Shown piece after piece: positions 20,201 through 30,800 of a stretch of 64,000 bases of DNA; within the stretch, counting starts at the first letter, position 1, and each line of letters starts with the position of its first letter. The DNA is taken from contig CAVOVB010000003.1 in NCBI GenBank assembly GCA_963699755.1, positions 608,001 through 672,000 of the forward strand, read 5' to 3'. The stretch is from an uncultured delta proteobacterium. GTDB taxonomy: Bacteria; Myxococcota_A; Polyangia; Polyangiales; Houyiibacteriaceae. The translations under genes were made by a program, and so were the position numbers. The notes under the pieces are model-generated. The model was given only the letters and a program-made list of their open reading frames with translations, made no database searches and was not told the origin of the DNA.

Positions 20201-23200
20201 CTACGCGCGAGCGTTTCGCGAGGACGCGGGAGAGCCGAAGAGCCGAGCCGAGCTCGAGCGCCTCAGCGTGGCCATAGGCGCGTCTGACGCTCTAGCCGGC
20301 GTCTACGAAGAGGCCATCGCGTGTTCGGAGGACCGGGAGCTCGCAGTTGGGCTATTGCTCAGGGCCGCCGAGATCCGCGAAGAAGACCTCGGTCAGATCG
20401 ACCGTGCGATCGAGCACTACGAGAAGGTGCTCGAGCTCGACGAGGAGCATCGGCAATCGGCAGACGCGCTGGAGCGTATGTTTCAGCAAGCCGAGCGCTA
20501 CGAAGACCTGGCCGCGATCTACCGCCGCAAGGCCCAGATGCTGCCGTCGCCGACGGACAAACGAGAGCAGCTCGTGAAGGCCGCAGCGATCTACGAGGAT
20601 ATCCTCGAGCGGCCCATGGACGCGATCGCGGCGCACCAGGAGGTGCTCGAAGTCGACCCCGGCGACCTCCAGTCGCTCGACCGATTGATCGAGCTTCAGA
20701 CGCAGCTCGGCAAATGGACCTCCCTGCTCGAGACCTACGAGCGCAAGGCCGAGGTCGTCTCCGACCCCGATGCTCGAAAAGAGCTCTTCCTGGCGACCGG
20801 CCAGGTCTACGCGGGGCAGCTCGAGGATTTCGAGCAGGCGATCGACGCTTACCAGCGGGTCCTCGAAATCGATCCCGACGATCTTCGGGCTCTCTCTCAA
20901 CTCGATGGCTTGTACGAAAGCACAGCACAGTGGCGAGACCTGCTGCAGGTGCTCGAACGTCAGTCCGAGCTCACGGCAGACGAGGATGCGCGTAACGAGC
21001 TCCGCTTCCGCATCGGCGAGCTCTGGCGAACCCAGCTCGAGGACCCGACCCAGGCGATCGAGATCTATCGAGACATTCTGGCTGACACACCGGTCCATCA
21101 GCCGACGCTCGATGCGCTGACCGCGATGACCAAGGACGCGGTCGCGCCCTTGGCCGCGGCCGAGGCGCTCGAGCAGGTCTACCTCCAGGTCGGTGAATTC
21201 CGCAAGCTGGCCGAGGTCCGCGAGGCACAGATTCGGTTCACCGAAGACCCTTCGGAGCGGGTCGAAATGCTCCAGCAGCTGGCGGAGATCTACGAGCTTC
21301 AGCTCGACGATCCGCCCTCGGCATTCAACGCCTTCGTCCGTGCGCTTCCGCTCGACAACGGGAACGAGCTGACGCTTTCCTCGCTGGAGCGCCTCGCCGA
21401 GCAGACGAGCAGCTGGCATGAAGCGGCTTCACGTTATGATGCCGAAGTGCAGAAGATGAAAGATGAATTCCCGGAAGACGTCGTGCACCTCGCTAAGCGC
21501 TCGGCCGTGATCAACGAGGTGCAGTTGGACGATGTCGATGCCGCGATTTCCCGCTACCAGTTCGTCGTCGACATCGACCCTTCGGACGTGGCCGCCATCG
21601 AGGCCCTCGACCGGCTCTACGAGCAAACCGAGCGCTGGGACGAGCTTGCCGCGACGCTTCAAAAGGAAGCTGCGGTCGCCACGACGCCAGACGAAATCCT
21701 GAATCTGCAGTTCCGGACCGGGCAGGTTTACCAAAACCGACTGGGCAACATGGATTCTGCGATCGAGCAGTACCGGGACATCATCGCCGCCGCACCGGAG
21801 TATTCACCAGCCGTGTCGGCACTGGAGGACCTGTTCTCCCGCGGCGTCCAGCCCATGGCCATCGGCGAAGTGCTCGAGCCGCTTTACCGGATGCAGGGCA
21901 ACTGGGATCAGCTTCTCAACGTGCAAGCGGTGCAGGTGGAGCACCAGAGCGATCCGATCGAGCGTGTCATCATGATGCACCGGCTCGCAGAGATCGCCGA
22001 GAACAAGGCCGATGACCACGCGCGCGCATTCGAGTGGATGCAGAAGGCGCTACTCGAAGACCCGAGTCACGACCATTCGCTCGGAGAGGCTGAGCGCCTT
22101 TCGGCGATCGTCGATGGCTGGACCCAGCTGGCCACCACCTACGCCAACGGCATTGAGCACACCGGCGATCCGTTGAGCAAGGCGGAGCTCGGACGCCGTC
22201 TTGCCAAGGTGTACGAGAATCAGCTCCATGACACGGAGCGCGCCGAAGAGACCTACCGATTCGTGCTCGGCGTCGATGATCACGACGAAAAAGCCCTCGT
22301 GGCGCTCGATCGAATCTACTCTGAGCACGGAGCCTATCGAGCGCTCGCCCAGGTGCTTCGCAAGCGAATCGAAGGATCGAACAACGGTTCGGAGCTCCTC
22401 GACCTGCACTTCCGCTTGGGCACGGTCCTCGAGCAGCGACTCGGCTGCACGGAGGATGCCATCGAGGTCTTCAACAAGCTGCTCGACGATCACGACTCAG
22501 AGCATGCCGACGCGATTCGCGCTCTTCAGGGCATCTACGCCAACCTCGAACGTTGGCCCGAGCTTTTCGCCACCTTCGAAAAGGAGCTCAGCATTGCGCT
22601 TGGGGACTTGCAGCAGGCCGACATCTTTGCACGCATGGCTAAGCTCTGTTCAAACCGGCTCGGCGATGCGGAGAGGGCCATCGGCCTCTGGCAGCGAGTT
22701 CTCGACCTGCGCGGTGAAGATCCCGAAGCACTCAACGCCCTCGGCGACATCTACGCCGCTCAGGGCAACTGGCGCGACCTCGTCGACGTCCTCGAACGCG
22801 AGGCAGGGGTCGCCGACGACGACAGCTTCCGTATTCAGGTGTACTCCGACCTCGCGAGGGTCTGGCACGAGAAGCTCGGGCGCGAGCGTAACGCGATCGA
22901 GAATTGGGAGCGGGTCCTCGATATCGACGAGGGCAACACCTATGCGTTGTTCAGCATCGCAGAAATCCACAGGGAGAGCGGCCAGTCGCGTGAGCGTGCA
23001 GACACTTTGCAGCGGATCATCGACGTCGGCGCCGCGACTCTCGAAGACGCCGATCTCGTCACTGTTTACATGCAGCTCGGTCACATCTACGGCAGCGAGC
23101 TCCAGCAGCCGAGCGATGCCGTGGACGCGTATCGCAACGTACTGACGATCGATCCAGCCTTCTTCGAGGCCCTCGACGCGCTCGAGCTCATTCATCGGCA

Positions 23201-26200
23201 AGAGGGCGACTGGGAAGCCGCGATCGACGTGATGGAGCAGCGGGCGCAGGTGCTCGTCGAACCGCACGACAAGATTCGCCAGCTCATCGCGGTCACCGAG
23301 CTCTGGGAAGCCGAGGTCGGCCGCAAGGACGGCGGAGCGGGCGCCTTCGGCCGCATCCTGGAAATCGACCCGATGCACCAGTACGCGTTCTCCGAGCTGC
23401 AGTCGCTACACAAGGAGGCGGAGCGCTGGGACGAGCTGATCGACCTCTACGTCACCCGCATCGAAGCTACCGAGGATCGCGACGAGCGCATCGAGCTCTT
23501 GCGTGCGGCTGCACGGGTCTACGAGGAGAAGCTCGATGACCTCGAGCAGGCGTACCACACGCTCTACATCGCCTGGACGGAAGATTTTTCGAACACGAAC
23601 ACAGCGGTCGACCTGGAACGCGTCACCGCTGCGAGTGACCGTTGGAACGAGCTTCTGACCTCGGCGAATGCGGTCTTGCAGGAGGGGCAGGAGCCCGCCA
23701 CGCAAATCGCCATCTGTCTGTGTTGCGCCAAGTGGTACGGGCAGGAGCTCGGACACCCCGAGTACGCGATTCCGTATTACGAGCAGATTCGTGCGCTCGA
23801 TCCGAGCAACGCCAAGGCATGGTGGCAGCTTGGTGACCTCTACGAGACGACTCAGCAATGGGATAAGCTCGCCCAGGCGCTCGCCAAGCTCGTCGAGCTC
23901 ACCAACGACGACGAGGTCAAGGCGAACACCTACGTCCGAATGGGTGACCTGGCCGATGACCGCTTCGCGATGCGACAAGAGGCGGAGGACTACTATCGCC
24001 GGGCGCTGCACCTCCAAGAACGTCACGTCGGAGCCCTCGAAGCGCTGGAGCGCATCTATCGCGAAGAGGGACGCTCGAACAAGCTGCTCAACATCCTCGA
24101 GCGCAAGGCGGAGGCCGTCGAGGACGTCGACAGCATCGTCTCCGCGCTCTTGCAGGTCGCCGAGGCCTACGAAGAGCGATTCGACGACCGGAGGGCAGCG
24201 ATCGAGAACTATGAAAAGGCGTCCGAGCTCTCGCCTTCGGACCTCAGCGCGCTTCGAGGTCTTAGGCGCTTGTACGCTCAGGAGGGCCGCTACAAGGAGT
24301 TGATCGGAATCCTCGAGCGAGAGTACGAGGTCGTCGCGACCGAGCGCGAGCGCATCGAGATCCTGATGCGACTGGCCGACATGTGGCAGCAAGAGTTCCG
24401 CAAGCCCGACAACGCGGCAGATCGCCTGGAGCAGATCCTCGACATTGACCCGCTGCACGACGAAGCCCTTTGCCGGCTCGAGGAGCTCTATCGAGCGATG
24501 CAGCGCTGGGACGACTTGGTGCGCACCTATGACCGTCACGCGAGCGCGACGACCGATACCGAGCAGCGGGTTCGCATCTTCCGCGACCTCGGGCAGGTGT
24601 ACGCCTCGCACAAAGACGACGTCGAGATGGCGATCGACAGCTATCTCAACGCCCTCAATCTCGATGAGCAGGACCTCGTCAGCCTCCGAGCGCTGACGAA
24701 GCTCTTCGAGCGCAAGGCAGACTACGCCGCGGCGCTCGACACGATGGGCCAGCTCGTGGGGGTCGTGCCGGAGCCCGCCGAACAGGTTGCGCTCAAGCAC
24801 CGCATGGGCCGGATTCTCGACCAGGAGCTCGGCGACCGGGTCGCGGCGCTCGAGCAATTCCAGGCGGCGGTCGACCTCGACCCTGCACACCTGGCGTCGC
24901 TCGAAGCGATGCGAGGCATTCACGTCGACTCCGGCGACTGGATCGCGGCCGCAAAGACCTTGGGCCTGGAGATCGAGCACACCGAAAAGGACCGCATCCG
25001 GGCCGCGCGACTCATCGAGCTGGGCCGCATTCGGGCCGATCGGCTCGATGACGAGCCGGGCGCCGTGCAGGCTTTCGAAGCTGCGATGGCGGCCGATCCG
25101 GATAACGAGGACGCCCTGCTGCCGCTGGTCGATTTCTACGTGGCCCAGGAGCGTCACGAAGACGCATTCCCGCTGCTTCAAACGCTGGTGCAGCGCTGCG
25201 ACAAGTGCGACGACCACGAGAAGCATCGCCTGGCATCGACGCTCGGCGAAACCGCAACCAAGCTCGGCAACGCCGATGAGGCCGTCCGGGCGTATGAGCG
25301 GGCGTACCAGCTCGACAGCAACGATCCGGTCACGCTCAAGGGGCTGGCGGGCGCTTACTTTCAAGCGGAGCGCTGGGACGACGCGTTTAAGTACCACCAG
25401 TTGATTCTGGTCCAGCAGCGCGACGCGCTCGGCCGCGACGAGATCACGGAAGTCTTCTATCGGCTGGGCGTCATCAAGCGAGAGCAGGGCGAAGACAAGA
25501 AGGCGCGCAACATGTTCGACAAGGCGCTCGAGGAGGACACGCACTACGTGCCCGCACTCGAGGCGATGGTCGAGCTGCAAGCCGCCGAGGGCGACTGGGA
25601 TTCGGTGGTTCAGTACAAGAAGCGCATCCTCGATGTGGCCGACGATCCATCGGTGCGCGCGGCGCTCTTCGTCGAGGTCGGTGACCTCTGGCAGGAGAAG
25701 CTCGGGGATTCGGACGCGGCCGCAGAGGCGTACACCGAGTCGCTCGATGCCGAACCAGAGAACCACGTGGTGCTTCACAAGCTCTTAGTGGCCTATCAGG
25801 GTGCCGAGCGTTGGTCGGAGGCCATCGACGTGATCGAGCGCGTGGCTGAGATTGAGGAGCGCGACGAGGCCAAGGCCAAGTACATGTACACAATCGGCGT
25901 CATCCTCCGCGACAAGCTCGAGGACGAGGATGCGGCGCTCGAGCGCTTCAACGAGGCGCTCGACCTCGACAGCCAGCAGCTCAAGCCCTTCGAGGCGATC
26001 AACAAGCTGCTCAATCAGCGCAAAGACTGGAAGGCGCTCGAGCGGGCGTACCGGAAGATGCTTCACCGCATCATCAACGAGGGCAACACCGATCTCGAGC
26101 ACAACCTCTGGCACACGCTCGGCATCATCTACCGCGATCGTCAGCGTAACTTCGATGCTGCCGCGGAGTCATTCAGAATGGCCGCGGGGCTCAAGCCCGA

Positions 26201-27275
26201 CGATGCCGTGGAGCACCAGATCCTCGCTGAGCTCTACGCCACGATGCCGGACAAGACTTCGGAGGCCATCGCGGAGCACCAGTGGCTCCTCGCGTCCGAC
26301 CCGAACCGGCTCGATTCGTACACGGCCCTCTACAAGCTCTACTTCGATGCACGCGCCTACGACAAGGCCTGGTGCATCGCGCGAACTCTGTCCCACTTCA
26401 AGAAGGCGGACGCCGAGCAGCAGCAGTTCTACCAGCAGTACAAGCAGGACCGCGAGATCCAACCGAAGACGCGGCTCAGCAACGAGAACTGGGTCAAAGA
26501 CCTGATGCACGTCAACCAAGACATCTACATTTCCAAGATCATGGAGGTCATCGCCCCCGTGGTTCGTGCGTCGCTCGCCGTGCCAGACAAGAAGCTCAAT
26601 CTGAACAAGCGCAAGCCCGAAGACCTCGCCAACCCGAGCCTCGCACTCGCGCGGCAGTTCAAGTTGGCGCAGGACGTTCTCAACGTGACCATCCCCGTTC
26701 GTCTCTTCATCCAAAAAGAGCTTTCGGGCGCCCTTCGAGACGAGCCGCGAAGCAACCCGCCGGCGATCATCACTGGCTACACGCTTCTCTCCGGCTACCG
26801 TCCCATCGACCTCGCGTTCGTTTGCGGGCGTCATCTCACCTATTACCGCGGAGAGCACTTCATCCGGACGATGTACCAGTCGCACACCGAGCTCAAGACG
26901 CTCCTCCTGGCCGCCATGCGCGTGGTTGGGATGGGCGGTGGAGATGCTGCGGTGGAGGCCACCGCGAAGCAACTCGCCAAGTACATGGATCAGCCGCATC
27001 TCGACGTGCTCAAGCAGGTGGTTCGCAAGTTCGTCGATGCAGGCGGCCACGCGGACATCAAGCGATGGATGCAGGCTGTGGAGATCACCGCGCTTCGCGC
27101 TGGCCTGCTGCTATGTGACGACGTCGATACCGCGGTTCACATGACGCAGCAAATCGCATCCGAGTCCACGGCCGACCTCGCGCCACGGGAGAAGGTCAAA
27201 GAGATCGTGCTCTACAGCATCTCGGAGAGCTACTTCCGGCTCCGCGAGCAACTGGGCATCCAAATCAAGGTCTGA
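17223..27275 (+). CDS. gltI: Giant cytoplasmic TPR protein GltI (AgmK)-like
   Basis: 3350 aa of acidic helical repeats (A+..Y..VL..DP....AL..L..LY....W..L); no signal peptide; downstream of gltG. Confidence 0.72.
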   Translation: MSEEQSGDEVRELTAAEEAELEKLDDAIAKFEEQKRWSDMIRSILKKAELVQAPAQKAELFRQGGALYLERSSNQAEAIKCFEQVLELEPQDSDAIERLKAMYEKRRDWEKLIRTMQREVELLSEDDQLLRYSEMADLATQRLRKPEVCIELWQKVLENDPENPNALNNLAQLYERAREWEPLAEVLETLVDSETDVASMKQQLQKLGMIYADKIGNDEGAIGAFKKLLDLDPSDRRAQEQLKRRYVSLGAWDELETFYAANEKWDELIRIVERQAEAEETSAEERIPLLFRAARLWEDKKGKADRAARVYEKILAADPDNVQAAEALTPIYQEAHDARKLVSVLEVRFAHAESGESKIELLRQIGHVFEERLRQPEVAFERYLEAFSLAPTHDEARVDVERLAEQMSGWDRLVSGFESAIDAVSDPHQAVPIRLSYGQTLTQLNRIDEAIDQYELVYGAESDNLDAIGALSDLYVRTERFRDLLDIYGRQIELEEDPDARLEITYRRARLYAEALNDRDKAIDAFEGIIDEYGVEQSDASRELEQLYEAESRWQDQAQLLERCIEAGPETQEELAALTFRLGRVCESKLDDKARSVDLYREVLSLLAEHEGAKGRLEQLLDDPEVAAEASRVLEPVYEMSEDWGPYVHALRVQHGFSSVPRERLQLLTRVADTYFQHIGDSDRGFASLCEAFREVPSDTATLQRLEMLASEHDSFESVAKLTGDLAATVEDPSLSRSLWIKTAQIHDSQLENQEAAVSAYRKVLEADPGDFEVLDLLDAVYRGAQRWPELVGVLRARAEAHVDPDEKIAVLAEMSRIHADLLEETDQAITLQNEILELDPSSRDALSALDGLLARQGLWSDLADNVERQLSTTDDQGEQTALLLRLAEIREERMGSTESAIEIYRDVLANDASNPAALGALERLLESSEHQATVADILEPIYKDGGASARLVEVYEIQAHHAIAPERRIELFHEIAKLKEFSLSDLHGAFESYARAFREDAGEPKSRAELERLSVAIGASDALAGVYEEAIACSEDRELAVGLLLRAAEIREEDLGQIDRAIEHYEKVLELDEEHRQSADALERMFQQAERYEDLAAIYRRKAQMLPSPTDKREQLVKAAAIYEDILERPMDAIAAHQEVLEVDPGDLQSLDRLIELQTQLGKWTSLLETYERKAEVVSDPDARKELFLATGQVYAGQLEDFEQAIDAYQRVLEIDPDDLRALSQLDGLYESTAQWRDLLQVLERQSELTADEDARNELRFRIGELWRTQLEDPTQAIEIYRDILADTPVHQPTLDALTAMTKDAVAPLAAAEALEQVYLQVGEFRKLAEVREAQIRFTEDPSERVEMLQQLAEIYELQLDDPPSAFNAFVRALPLDNGNELTLSSLERLAEQTSSWHEAASRYDAEVQKMKDEFPEDVVHLAKRSAVINEVQLDDVDAAISRYQFVVDIDPSDVAAIEALDRLYEQTERWDELAATLQKEAAVATTPDEILNLQFRTGQVYQNRLGNMDSAIEQYRDIIAAAPEYSPAVSALEDLFSRGVQPMAIGEVLEPLYRMQGNWDQLLNVQAVQVEHQSDPIERVIMMHRLAEIAENKADDHARAFEWMQKALLEDPSHDHSLGEAERLSAIVDGWTQLATTYANGIEHTGDPLSKAELGRRLAKVYENQLHDTERAEETYRFVLGVDDHDEKALVALDRIYSEHGAYRALAQVLRKRIEGSNNGSELLDLHFRLGTVLEQRLGCTEDAIEVFNKLLDDHDSEHADAIRALQGIYANLERWPELFATFEKELSIALGDLQQADIFARMAKLCSNRLGDAERAIGLWQRVLDLRGEDPEALNALGDIYAAQGNWRDLVDVLEREAGVADDDSFRIQVYSDLARVWHEKLGRERNAIENWERVLDIDEGNTYALFSIAEIHRESGQSRERADTLQRIIDVGAATLEDADLVTVYMQLGHIYGSELQQPSDAVDAYRNVLTIDPAFFEALDALELIHRQEGDWEAAIDVMEQRAQVLVEPHDKIRQLIAVTELWEAEVGRKDGGAGAFGRILEIDPMHQYAFSELQSLHKEAERWDELIDLYVTRIEATEDRDERIELLRAAARVYEEKLDDLEQAYHTLYIAWTEDFSNTNTAVDLERVTAASDRWNELLTSANAVLQEGQEPATQIAICLCCAKWYGQELGHPEYAIPYYEQIRALDPSNAKAWWQLGDLYETTQQWDKLAQALAKLVELTNDDEVKANTYVRMGDLADDRFAMRQEAEDYYRRALHLQERHVGALEALERIYREEGRSNKLLNILERKAEAVEDVDSIVSALLQVAEAYEERFDDRRAAIENYEKASELSPSDLSALRGLRRLYAQEGRYKELIGILEREYEVVATERERIEILMRLADMWQQEFRKPDNAADRLEQILDIDPLHDEALCRLEELYRAMQRWDDLVRTYDRHASATTDTEQRVRIFRDLGQVYASHKDDVEMAIDSYLNALNLDEQDLVSLRALTKLFERKADYAAALDTMGQLVGVVPEPAEQVALKHRMGRILDQELGDRVAALEQFQAAVDLDPAHLASLEAMRGIHVDSGDWIAAAKTLGLEIEHTEKDRIRAARLIELGRIRADRLDDEPGAVQAFEAAMAADPDNEDALLPLVDFYVAQERHEDAFPLLQTLVQRCDKCDDHEKHRLASTLGETATKLGNADEAVRAYERAYQLDSNDPVTLKGLAGAYFQAERWDDAFKYHQLILVQQRDALGRDEITEVFYRLGVIKREQGEDKKARNMFDKALEEDTHYVPALEAMVELQAAEGDWDSVVQYKKRILDVADDPSVRAALFVEVGDLWQEKLGDSDAAAEAYTESLDAEPENHVVLHKLLVAYQGAERWSEAIDVIERVAEIEERDEAKAKYMYTIGVILRDKLEDEDAALERFNEALDLDSQQLKPFEAINKLLNQRKDWKALERAYRKMLHRIINEGNTDLEHNLWHTLGIIYRDRQRNFDAAAESFRMAAGLKPDDAVEHQILAELYATMPDKTSEAIAEHQWLLASDPNRLDSYTALYKLYFDARAYDKAWCIARTLSHFKKADAEQQQFYQQYKQDREIQPKTRLSNENWVKDLMHVNQDIYISKIMEVIAPVVRASLAVPDKKLNLNKRKPEDLANPSLALARQFKLAQDVLNVTIPVRLFIQKELSGALRDEPRSNPPAIITGYTLLSGYRPIDLAFVCGRHLTYYRGEHFIRTMYQSHTELKTLLLAAMRVVGMGGGDAAVEATAKQLAKYMDQPHLDVLKQVVRKFVDAGGHADIKRWMQAVEITALRAGLLLCDDVDTAVHMTQQIASESTADLAPREKVKEIVLYSISESYFRLREQLGIQIKV

Positions 27276-27331
27276 GCCAGTCCGACTCGGCCGAGCGTGC
27301 ATGGGGCCCCGTCATGTGACAGGGCTTGGGC

Positions 27332-27805
27332 ATGCTGGAGCTCGACCTCGACAGTGAAGCCGAGACGCTTTCTCTCGCACGGTCGCTGGCGGCGGTGCTC
27401 GAGGGCGGCGACGTGATCGGGCTCGAAGGAGGGCTCGGCGCTGGAAAGACGACCTTCACGCGGGCTGCGATCTACGGGCTCGGCGTGTCTGAGCAAACCG
27501 CCGTGACGAGCCCGACCTTTGCGCTCCTGCACCGGTATCAGGGACGGCTGCCGATCGCCCACGCCGACTTCTATCGGCTTGGCGATGAGGTCGAGCTCGA
27601 GGAGCTTGGCGTCGACGAGCTTCTGGAAGAGGGCGCCGTCCTTTTCGTCGAGTGGGGCCGGAAGTTTCCCGCAATGGCGGGGCGCATTGCGGTCTGGGTC
27701 GAGCTCGAGATCGTCTCGGACCGCGCTCGACGCGCTCGATTGTATCCGCATGGTGGGCGCGGCGACGCGATCATCGGCGCGGTTCGCAAGCGAGTAGGAA
27801 GCTAG
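27332..27805 (+). CDS. tsaE: tRNA threonylcarbamoyladenosine biosynthesis ATPase TsaE
   Basis: GGLGAGKTTF, VTSPTF, HADFYRL and VEWG motifs. Confidence 0.95.
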   Translation: MLELDLDSEAETLSLARSLAAVLEGGDVIGLEGGLGAGKTTFTRAAIYGLGVSEQTAVTSPTFALLHRYQGRLPIAHADFYRLGDEVELEELGVDELLEEGAVLFVEWGRKFPAMAGRIAVWVELEIVSDRARRARLYPHGGRGDAIIGAVRKRVGS

Positions 27806-27874
27806 GGAAATCCCGGTTGCGGGGTGCATAGGGCTCTGGTAAGCCCGCGCGAACGCCGAGGTTGAACCAACTCC

Positions 27875-30800
27875 ATGCCCCGCCGCGATGATATTGAAAG
27901 CGTCCTTCTGATTGGGTCGGGGCCGATCGTGATCGGACAGGCCTGCGAGTTCGACTACTCCGGCACCCAGGGCGCCAAGGCGCTCAAAGAAGAGGGTTAT
28001 CGGATCATCTTGGTCAACTCGAATCCTGCGACGATCATGACCGACCCGGAGTTCGCGGACCGGACCTACGTCGAACCGCTGACGCCTGAGATCCTCGAGT
28101 CGATCATCGAACGAGAAAAGCCGGACGCAGTCCTTCCGACACTTGGCGGGCAGACGGCGCTCAACCTCGCCTTGGCGCTGGCCGACCGAGGCGTTCTCGA
28201 GAAGCACGGTGTCGAGCTGATCGGCGCCAACGTCGACGCCATCCGTAAGGCCGAGGAGCGTGAGCTGTTCAAGGCCGCGATGGACAAGATCGGGCTTGCA
28301 AGCGCGCGCGCCGAAGTCGCCCGCACCCTCGAAGACGCCAACGCAGCGGCCGAGCGAATCGGTTTTCCAATCATTTTGCGACCATCGCTGACGATGGGCG
28401 GATCGGGCGGCGGCGTCGCCTACAACAAAGCCGAGTTCGAGGAGGCGATTCGTTGGGCTTTCCAGTGCAGCCCGATTCACGAGTGCTTGATCGAAGAGAG
28501 CCTGATCGGCTGGAAGGAATACGAGCTCGAGGTCATTAGGGACAACGCCGACAACTTCGGCGTGATTTGCACGATCGAGAACTTGGACCCCATGGGCGTG
28601 CACACCGGGGACTCGATCACGGTCGCTCCTGCCATGACGCTTACCGACCGCGAGTATCAGCGTCTTCGTGATGCGGCGCGCGCGATCATCACCGAGATCG
28701 GCGTCGAAACCGGCGGCTCGAACATCCAGTTCTCGGTCAACCCGGCCGACGGCCGCGTGATCGTCATCGAGATGAACCCTCGCGTCTCGCGTTCGAGCGC
28801 GCTCGCCTCGAAGGCTACGGGCTACCCGATCGCCAAGATCGCGGCCAAGCTCGCCGTCGGCTATCGGCTCGACGAGCTGCAAAACGACATCACCGGTACG
28901 AGTGCGGCCTTCGAGCCGACCATCGACTATGTCGTCACCAAGATCCCCCGCTTCGCCTTCGAGAAGTTCGCTGGCGCCGACCCGCGCCTCACCACGCAAA
29001 TGAAGTCGGTCGGAGAGGCGATGGCGATCGGCCGCACTTTCAAGGAGTCGGTCCAAAAGGCTGCGCGCTCCTTGGAGACGGGCAGGGACGGGCTGACGTC
29101 GCTTCTCAGCAAAGTCGACTATCGCGACCTCGCCGCGCAGGTGCGGCGGCTCGTCGAGACGGGCGAAGCGATCAACACCGCCAAGCCGATGCTGGGGGAC
29201 TTGCCCAAGGCTACCGAAGGCGAGCTCCGAGAATCGATTCTCGACCTCATTCGAACGCCTTTGGCCGACCGCCTTTGGTACCTCGCCGATGGCCTTCGGG
29301 TCGGGCTCAGCGTCGAAGAGCTTCACGGGGCGACGCAAATCGACGTTTGGTTCCTCGAACAGATGCGCCAGATCATCGCCTTCGAGCAGGATCTCAAAGA
29401 CTCGTCCGGTCAACCGGCGACTGAGACGCTGCTCCGCCGGGCGAAAGAGCTCGGCTTCAGCGACGGCCAAATCGCGGCCCTCCGAGGCGAGGCCGCTAGG
29501 GATGTTCGCGCGGCGCGCGCGACGCACGGCGTCGAACCGGTTTACTCACGCGTCGACACCTGCGCTGCCGAGTTCCCAGCACTCACCCCGTACATGTACT
29601 CGACCTGGGGCCGCGACAACGAGGCAAGGGCAGACAGCGACACGAGAAAGGTCATGATCCTCGGCGGCGGCCCCAACCGCATCGGCCAGGGGATCGAGTT
29701 CGACTACTGCTGTGTGCACGCCTCCTTCGCTCTCAAAGAAATGGGCTTCGAGACGATCATGGTGAACTGCAACCCGGAGACGGTGTCCACCGACTACGAC
29801 ACCTCGGACAAGCTCTACTTCGAGCCACTCACCTTCGAAGACGTCATGCACATCGTGGAGGTCGAAAAGCCCGACGGCATCATCGTCCAGTTCGGCGGCC
29901 AGACCCCCTTGAAGCTCGCGGTGCCCCTGTCTCGCGCAGGCGTTCCGATTCTCGGTACCTCGGCGGACGCGATCGACCGTGCCGAAGACCGGGAGCGCTT
30001 CGAAGAGCTGCTGACCAAGCTCGGCCTCGATCGACCGCGTGGCGGCATCGCCCACGGGACCAAGGACGCCTTCACGGTCGCCGAACGCATCGGGTTCCCT
30101 GTCGTCGTTCGCCCGAGCTATGTGCTGGGCGGGCGAGCAATGGAGATCGTCCACTCCCAGGAAGAGCTCGCGCGCTACATGACCGTCGCGCTCGAGGCAG
30201 TGGCCGATGCAGAGACCCAGACGATTCTCGTCGACGAGTTCTTGAAGGACGCGATCGAGGTCGATGTGGACTGCGTCTCCGATGGCAAACACGTCGTCAT
30301 CGGCGGCCTGCTCCAGCACATCGAAGAGGCGGGGATCCATTCGGGCGATTCCTCGATGGCGCTTCCGGCACACGCGCTTCCGCCAGACGTTCTCGCCACG
30401 CTTCGTGCCTCTACCCGTGCCCTCGCGCTGGAGCTCGGCGTGATCGGCCTGATGAACGTCCAGTTCGCGGTTCGTGGAAGCGCGGTGTACGTCATCGAGG
30501 TGAACCCGCGGGCCTCGCGCACGATTCCCTTCATCAGTAAGGCGATCGGCGTGCCCCTCGCCAAGATCGCCGCCAAGGTCATGGCCGGCTCGACGCTCCG
30601 GGAGCTCGGCTACACGCGTGAAGTCGTCCCCCAGCACATCGCCGTCAAGGAGTCGGTCTTTCCGTTCACCAAGTTCCCCGGCGTCGACACGATTCTCAGC
30701 CCGGAGATGCGCTCGACCGGCGAGGTGATGGGCATCGCCGACAACTTCCCCGACGCTTTCTACAAAGCGCTTCTCTCCGCGTACACAGAGCTTCCCGACG

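Noticed and set aside
23406..25778. 790-aa minus-strand ORF
   Set aside because: Antisense shadow of the gltI-like gene; no motifs; expected in high-GC DNA.
27230..29527. 765-aa minus-strand ORF
   Set aside because: Antisense to tsaE and carB, which have unambiguous motifs.
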